55,389 nt of DNA from Halocafeteria seosinensis (Eukaryota), in contig LVLI01000146.1 of NCBI GenBank assembly GCA_001687465.1, forward strand, positions 124,001-179,389, in the 5' to 3' direction. The notes beneath the pieces are model-generated. The model was not told the origin of the DNA and searched no databases. It saw nothing but the letters and a program-made list of their open reading frames with translations. Within the stretch, counting starts at the first letter, position 1. Each line of letters starts with the position of its first letter. The position numbers and the translations under genes were made by a program. This document shows positions 49,220-55,389 of the stretch, piece after piece.

Positions 49220-51669
49220 TCAGAATATGTTATATCCAGTTTCTCCGTAATTCCTGCAGATGATTGTACCTTTCGTTTTTCTCTTTCCCCAAGGCCCAAG
49301 GTGTCTATCTCCTGCAAATGGACGCCCTCTACTGGCAGGAGCCGATACCGGCAGTCGAAGGTTGGCACAACAATTCCACTCCCTTGAGCAACGCTGAGCC
49401 ATCATACAACTGCTTCACCTCAGCCAAACTTATTTCGTCGAGAGATTTATTCTCGGTGAACTGCGATTGCCATTTGTCAACGTGTTATAAGTCATGCTTG
49501 AACAGCTTGTATCTGGGGATTCGTTCATGGTTAGACATCACGAAGCCATGAATGCATGGACGCGAGCGTGTTAAAGGAACGCCACAATCACATGTCATCA
49601 ATTCTTTGTTCACAGTCCTCTTGGTATGCAAATCGTGGACGATCAATGTATTCTCGTTTGGGTCCGCTTCTATATCCAATTGCCGCGTCGCTTCGTTTGC
49701 CTGTTTACCCAGATCACGGGTGATTTTCCGGCTAGCCTCCGAGAGCTTGTACTCAGCCCTTTTGTGAGACGCGATCAAGTTTTGCTGCTTACGGTATTTT
49801 CTCGCTTCTCCGGCTATGGCTTTCTGAAGAGCGTGATAAAAGTGTGAACCTCGGCTGGGTTTGTTGGCCCTATTCATACTCTCCACTAATTGCGAAGCAA
49901 AACGGCCAAACAGATGCACAGGAGTATTAGCACTGGTGTATCTAGTCACTAGTCACAGCAGCATACAAACATTGCTCTGTGTACGGAACTTTGTCGAGGT
50001 GTTCTTTCTGTGTGGGACTGAGTCACTCAAGTAATGCATCCGACAAGGTTGAGTAGCTGTGAGAATTCTTCGCGAAGACCGTCGACGCCCACTTGTCCTT
50101 CTTTCTTTTCTTTAGCTTGCGCAGGATGTGCACCGCCCGATGCGAAACACAATTGAAAAATCCCAGACTCGTGAATCTTTCACGATGCGCTTTGCGAGCG
50201 CCCTTATCTCCATCCATGAAGACAGTGTTCTCCTTCGTGTCCATACCAGGGTGATGCTTCCGCGTAAACTCGAAAAACCTGTCCCATGTTGCTGCGCTTT
50301 CATTGTCAATCGAAAACATTAGGGCTACTAGCACTGCCTGGTCATTCGATGAATATCCGTAACACGAAAACATCGTTCCAGGTTTCCCTGAGGATTAGCA
50401 TGCCATGAAGTCGGTCATAAAGGCTGAATGAAATCATAAGCTACTCCTACTTACCACGCGTCATATGAGCGGCGTCAGCACTATAAATCGGTAGCAGGGC
50501 CTCCACATTTGTAGTTCCCGGAGCCCACATTACGGATTCTACGAATTTGTCATCCTCTGTCATGGGAGGTATTCGGTCTAGAATCTTCTGCCGGCGCTCT
50601 TCCCATGTGTCTAAGTTTTCCTTCTCCTCTGCAGTTGCGTTTTTATTCTCCCGTTTCCACGCCGCTCTCTCGTTCTTGATAATAATGGCTTCCATTTTTG
50701 TTTTCCACAGAACGAGATATCAGATCCGTGTCCTATATCTTTCAGAGCTTTCACCAATGCCGGAAGCATACGTATAGTTCGCTCTTCACTTCCACAAACC
50801 ATACGGAAAGCCTCCGTTCTGACGCGATTCAATTTAGAAGGGCCTACCTTCTGACCTTTGTGGAGATAGAGAGCTAAGTGCTGCTGAAAGACCTTTCCTT
50901 TTGGTAATGCCGCCGCGGGGTCAACCAGGGCGGTGCAGGCATGGGCCAATTGCTTGTACGTGTAGTTTATGGTCTTCATTCCTTTTCTCTTTCTCGAAGC
51001 TGCTTCGGTTGTACATTCCTCTTCTGTTGCATCGGCTGTGTCGTGAAGAAGACTCTCGTGAACCTTTACATTGCTTACACGCCATGGTCTGCTCGTTCCG
51101 TCCATCCTATACGTAGCTCCAAGAAAGAGTTTTGGATCTTCCGTATTTTCCTCGTTCTTTAACTTAATTGCGATCGCACTGGGTCCACTGTCAGTCGCCA
51201 CAGTTTATAATTGCAGCACGTGAGCGAGCTTGGTGAAGCGGAGAAGTACATCAGCCTTTCGCTGAAAACGATCACCGCGTTTGACGATGCCGTCAGTTCC
51301 CTGGTCCATCAGCAGCTGCAGTTCGGCTAAAGTCCTCAGTCGGACCGTTGGGATATCATTGCCCTCAATTCTTTCCTGTCCCATCGCATCTCGAGCGGCG
51401 GTTCTCATCAACTCCCCTTTGGACCCCGTAGTATCTGTGGTTGTAGCCTGCCCCGGGCCGTCTTCTTCACTTTCTGTGCCAGGCTCGTCGCTTTCAAAAT
51501 CACTGAGACCACTTTCGGATGTGGTAGAGCTTTCGCTATCATCCGGCGAAGTACGAATTCCTCTCCCGTGCTCACATCCAATTGCAGTACCCTGTGTCTG
51601 CTCCTCCGGCGTCGTACCATCACATGCATGTGCCTGTGATGTAGACCAGAAATGCCGCGGCTGAAACAA
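49220..51669 (-). mobile_element. Decayed Mutator-like (MULE) transposase pseudogene; element ends not found
   Basis: DDE-type motifs SADAAH, FMDGDKG, CVSH and VESMN; SWIM finger CDCGVPLTRSRPCIH; degenerate knuckle CRNYGETGYN. In-frame TAA at 51205-51207 and 49485-49487, frameshifts near 50700 and 49350. Confidence 0.85.
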
Positions 51670-52174
51670 CCCTTTGTGGTCACATTATGATTGTCGCACA
51701 TACCGTTGGTTCCTAAGGTTGCACTGTACCAGCGCGCGTAGTTGCGGGCCTACCGCGTTCCATTCTCGTCGTTGTGGTACAGCCAGATGTCATGTTCATG
51801 TGTGTACTGTCCTTAGGAGCATGGTTTGTCGTTTTGGTGTTCTCTGATGTGCGTTTTGGTGTCTTCGTCGTCTGCGAAAGCTTGGTGGTCTGTGAAAGCG
51901 CTACACGCTTGTTTCCACTGCTACAACTATGATTAGCCTTCCTTTTGTGAAAACTCGTCCGGCCATCTTGGCCAGAAAGTCTGGTACTTCCTCTCATGGT
52001 TGTCTGCACACTGAGGATATACAAAACACCCTAATAAAGACAGTCTAGAGTACGACGCCTTTGGCCCCGAATTTGAATGTACTGAGTAGTAGAATAATTG
52101 TTTGTGCGATAAAATCCATATTTCTGGAATTAAATTGAGTACATTGTGAAATCACTATATGTGAACTTTATATT

Positions 52175-54388
52175 TCAAAAATCAACATTTCTGGAATAAA
52201 GAGTTATATCTTTGGTTGTTTCATCTTTTAATTCATCATCCATATCTGCGTTGTAAAAATAATTACCATAACCATTTTCATTTAAAAACTCTTCTATTCT
52301 TTTTAATTCTGTTTTACTTGTAGAATGCACTAATATATTTCTCCCGTTTTGTAAATCTTCTACTAGTTTTTTCATTATTTTATTTCTTGATAGAAAAAGT
52401 GTTGCATTTCTTTCTTTCGGTTTTATTATATTTTCTGTTATTTTAATTTTCATTGTTGCTCTTCTTTTCTTCTCTTTAATGTCTTCATCATCATCTACAT
52501 TTTTCCTTATTCTTTCTCTCTCTTTCTTAATATCTAATAACAAATCTTTTGTTCTATTACTTAAGAAGGCATCATTTCCTACTATTTTATTTGAGTTTTT
52601 CATTATCTTCATAAAATTGTTTTTTATATCGCGCTTAAAATTTCTTATTGTTTCACTTGAAAATGTATTTTCAATGGTCTCTGCTTCATCTATCACTACT
52701 AAATCAAATTTCCTATAATTTTGTATCTTATATAAGCTTTCTAGTGATATTATTAGTCTATTTACCTTATTAAAATCTTCTACATCTTGATAACTTACGA
52801 ATTTTTCTCCTGTAATTTTATTATTTATTTCTTCTAATTTATTATTACAATAAATTATTCTTGGTGAAAACCATATAATGCGTTTATAATTCTTTTCTTT
52901 TATTAGATTTGTTAATACTGTTGTTTTTCCTGTTCCCATTGGGGATTTTATTATATGTATATCGTGATTTTTGATATCATACTCTTTTACATATTGCTCA
53001 TTATATGTTTCATAATCTATGTAGTGTTTCTCATCTTCTTCCACTTTAATATCAAAACTATTATTTATTACTTCATTTTTATTTACTCTTAATTCTAATC
53101 CTAAAATGTTTTCTGTTTTATCCTGTATATTCTCCACTATCCCATTATATATTTCTTCATTTGCCGTATGTATTCTTTCTATTACATAGTTTAATGTTAA
53201 TATCCTCTTTTTTGTTATCTTCTCATTGAATTTGTTTATTATTTCTTCCTCGTTTTCTTCATTCTTTATTTCTTCTTTTAATTCTTTAACCTCCTTTATC
53301 GCATTTTCTATTGTTTGGTTTTGTTTTCTAAAATTATTTTCTACAAAATAATAGCCATTATTTTTGTATTTATTACATCTTCTCATTATCTTATGGGTTA
53401 TATCCTTTATTTTTTCATCTCCTAATGTTCCTAAACTAAATATCGTCTTTATTGCTTTTGTAAAATCACATATTTCATTTTGTTTTTTATCTTTATCTTT
53501 ACATCTTGTTTTACATTCTAGTTGGTTATTATTACAATGGGGTAGTATATCTAATAACTTTTGGAAGTAGTTTAACTCCTTTTCTTGTATGTTTTTTATG
53601 TTTTTCCTTATTTTGTCTATCTCCTCTATTTTTTTTATAAAGCTATTTACTTTCTCTATATTATCCTCATTTACTACTTCAACATCATTGTTATATTCTC
53701 CTTCATTCGTTATTTTTTCTACGTTTTCTCTTTCCTTAAATCCTTGTATTATATAATCTACTATTTCATCGCTTATTTCTATTGGTTCTGTTCTATTTAT
53801 AATTTTGTATTTATTGTATCTAAACTCTTTTTTTTCTCCATTAATATAATCCTTAACTCTGTAATTACTACATCCTGGACCTACTAAATAGGTTTCTTTT
53901 CCTTCTTCTGTTCCTTGTTTTATATCTAAAAATCCTCCATATAATTTATTTGTTTCGGCTGTTTTTCTTCCTATTTTTTCTAATTCTTCTTCTAAATATT
54001 CGCTTACTTTAAAATAATAGTGATATCCATTACTAGCTGTTTTTACTTTTAACGTGTTAATATCATCTTTAAAATTTTCATTAAAGTTATTAAACTGCTT
54101 TTCATTATCTTCCTCATATAACTTATCAAAATCTAAAACTACGTATTTATCCCTTCTTACTGCTACCCCGTAGTTATAATTTCCTTTCTTTAATATTTCT
54201 AATGTTTTTTCTGTTAATTGTTCTTTCTCTTCTTTTGTTACTGTTAAACCATTCCATCCTGCCATATTTTTATATGGTGTTAATTGTTCTTCAGTTAATG
54301 GTATTTTTTGTCCTTCATTCAATGGTAGTAAATTAAAAAACTTACTCATAAATTTTGCTTCTTCGTATTTTCTATTTTGTTCAGACAT
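52175..54388 (-). CDS. Bifunctional primase-polymerase (Prim-Pol) fused to an SF2 helicase of the origin-binding-protein (UL9-like) type; probably C-terminally truncated
   Basis: N-terminus NYGVAVRRDKYVVLDFD...VKTASNGYHYYF...LDIK...YLVGPG. C-terminus IIKSPMGTGKT (Walker A), WFSPRII, LIISLESLYKI, LVVIDEAE (Walker B), GNDAFL. Confidence 0.8.
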   Translation of the reverse strand: MSEQNRKYEEAKFMSKFFNLLPLNEGQKIPLTEEQLTPYKNMAGWNGLTVTKEEKEQLTEKTLEILKKGNYNYGVAVRRDKYVVLDFDKLYEEDNEKQFNNFNENFKDDINTLKVKTASNGYHYYFKVSEYLEEELEKIGRKTAETNKLYGGFLDIKQGTEEGKETYLVGPGCSNYRVKDYINGEKKEFRYNKYKIINRTEPIEISDEIVDYIIQGFKERENVEKITNEGEYNNDVEVVNEDNIEKVNSFIKKIEEIDKIRKNIKNIQEKELNYFQKLLDILPHCNNNQLECKTRCKDKDKKQNEICDFTKAIKTIFSLGTLGDEKIKDITHKIMRRCNKYKNNGYYFVENNFRKQNQTIENAIKEVKELKEEIKNEENEEEIINKFNEKITKKRILTLNYVIERIHTANEEIYNGIVENIQDKTENILGLELRVNKNEVINNSFDIKVEEDEKHYIDYETYNEQYVKEYDIKNHDIHIIKSPMGTGKTTVLTNLIKEKNYKRIIWFSPRIIYCNNKLEEINNKITGEKFVSYQDVEDFNKVNRLIISLESLYKIQNYRKFDLVVIDEAETIENTFSSETIRNFKRDIKNNFMKIMKNSNKIVGNDAFLSNRTKDLLLDIKKERERIRKNVDDDEDIKEKKRRATMKIKITENIIKPKERNATLFLSRNKIMKKLVEDLQNGRNILVHSTSKTELKRIEEFLNENGYGNYFYNADMDDELKDETTKDITLYSRNVDF

Positions 54389-54395
54389 CTTAATT

Positions 54396-54482
54396 CTATA
54401 CTATATATTTCTATAATATTTTTATTTCTTTAAACCCATTACAATAATTCTATATAATTTTTAGGGGTCCAAATTTCACATT
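54396..54482 (-). promoter_or_regulatory. 87-bp upstream cassette, copy 1 (7 bp before the Prim-Pol/helicase ATG)
   Basis: Ungapped match to 55303-55389; first 69 bp differ at 2 positions plus one N. Confidence 0.7.
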
Positions 54483-54531
54483 ATCCCCTAAAATATGTTG
54501 AAACTGGTTCCTTTCCATAAAACTATATTTA

Positions 54532-54563
54532 TTAATTATTAATTAATGAAAATTAATAATTAA
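54532..54563 (-). terminator. Perfect 13-bp AT-only hairpin with 6-nt loop directly after the stop codon of ORF 54564-55298
   Basis: TTAATTATTAATT-AATGAA-AATTAATAATTAA. Confidence 0.55.
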
Positions 54564-55298
54564 CTACTTCTTTATTTTATTTTGTAGTGTTTTACCTACG
54601 TTATAGAATGTTTTTATCTTTATGTTTCTCATATCTCCATAACGATAACTAAATGTTGTTTCATCTTGTTTATCTAGATATTTTGATAAAGTATTATATA
54701 TCATTTTATAATTTTTTTTATGAATTTCTTGTAATGCTTCTANAAATTGTTCNTTTATGTCTTTATTTTTTCCTTTTAACTCTACAAAGGCTTCATTAAA
54801 TCTTTCTTTTGATTTTTGCATTATGTGCTTAATTTCATAACCATTGTTTGTTATATCCTCATTTGTCTCTTCTATATCTGTTCTACTATACTTTTTCTTC
54901 CTTAACTCTTTATCCATATTTTTTATTTTCTCATTTATATCATCAATTTTTTTTCTATCTTGTGTGTCTAGTTTGTATCTTAATATATATCTTTTAGGGT
55001 TATTGTTTGTTTCTATGTTTTTCAGTTTGTTATATAATTTATTAACGTTTTTATAACATTCTAAATGTCGTGTTTCGCATTTAATGCCCTTCTTTTTTAG
55101 TGCTTCATTATATATTTTTTGTTTTTGTTTTTCCTTTCTTATTCTAAATTTCTTTTCTTTTCTTTCATATTTTTCGTATTTTGCTTTTTGTTTTACCAAT
55201 TTTAATATAGTTTTGTTTGTTTCTTCAAAGAATTTTTCAATATTATCTATTTCCATTTTTAATATTTCTATTTGTTCTGTTTCTGTTAAATTTCCCAT
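54564..55298 (-). CDS. 244-aa Lys/Glu-rich, coiled-coil-like ORF of the AT-rich element, unknown function
   Basis: Intact ORF in very AT-rich DNA, preceded by the conserved cassette and followed by a hairpin. Confidence 0.7.
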   Translation of the reverse strand: MGNLTETEQIEILKMEIDNIEKFFEETNKTILKLVKQKAKYEKYERKEKKFRIRKEKQKQKIYNEALKKKGIKCETRHLECYKNVNKLYNKLKNIETNNNPKRYILRYKLDTQDRKKIDDINEKIKNMDKELRKKKYSRTDIEETNEDITNNGYEIKHIMQKSKERFNEAFVELKGKNKDIXEQFXEALQEIHKKNYKMIYNTLSKYLDKQDETTFSYRYGDMRNIKIKTFYNVGKTLQNKIKK

Positions 55299-55302
55299 TT
55301 TC

Positions 55303-55389
55303 CTATACTATATATTTCTATATTATTTTTATTTCTTTAAACCCATTANAATATTTCTATATAATTTTTAGAGACTTGAATTTCACATT
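55303..55389 (-). promoter_or_regulatory. 87-bp upstream cassette, copy 2 (4 bp before the ATG at 55298; may extend past the window end)
   Basis: Ungapped match to 54396-54482. Confidence 0.7.

Larger units (their letters stand above)
52100..55389 (-). mobile_element. AT-rich, intronless, virus-like insertion (endogenous viral element candidate); continues beyond the window; left boundary approximate
   Basis: Abrupt fall in GC to roughly 20% by eye, two intronless Lys/Asn/Ile/Glu-rich ORFs, a replication-protein gene, and shared upstream cassettes. Confidence 0.8.

Noticed and set aside
49485..51207. In-frame TAA codons in the MULE as evidence of a variant genetic code
   Set aside because: Host genes end in TAA, TAG and TGA normally, and the MULE also has frameshifts, so decay is the simpler explanation.
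1..55389. tRNA, rRNA, spliceosomal snRNA genes and CRISPR arrays; the many short ORFs antisense to or nested in called genes
   Set aside because: No such RNA motifs or repeat-spacer arrays were seen; the short ORFs are shadows of real coding sequence with no motifs of their own.

Overview
Compact eukaryotic (protist-like) genomic DNA, roughly 45-50% GC by eye, with short GT-AG introns (mostly 60-100 bp; GTAAG/GTACG donors) and tightly packed genes. Host genes: acyl-CoA synthetase 3' end, divergent kinesin with a PDZ-like domain, FEN1, glutaredoxin, Nudix hydrolase, a ~2450-aa NPF/FN3/zinc-ribbon protein, a secreted CxGGxC-repeat protein, coronin, AP-1 gamma adaptin, NTAQ1, a Zn2Cys6 factor completed by a 12-bp microexon, an RMD1/DUF155 protein, RPN11, a divergent TALE homeobox gene, an ABHD11-like esterase, CDC123 and an ankyrin protein. 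The right end holds a decayed Mutator-like (MULE) transposase. From about 52.1 kb to the window end there is an abruptly AT-rich, intronless, virus-like segment. It encodes a Prim-Pol/SF2-helicase fusion, has an 87-bp cassette repeated in front of both ORFs, and carries a perfect 13-bp hairpin right after a stop codon; this is the best candidate for an unusual system (endogenous Polinton-like virus, virophage, transpoviron or giant-virus fragment). Also found: a family of tiny TSD-flanked (TG)n-tailed insertions and two highly self-complementary ~190-250-nt non-coding elements upstream of the homeobox gene. All calls were made by eye from motifs; no searches or folding programs were run, and the taxon cannot be fixed from this window.
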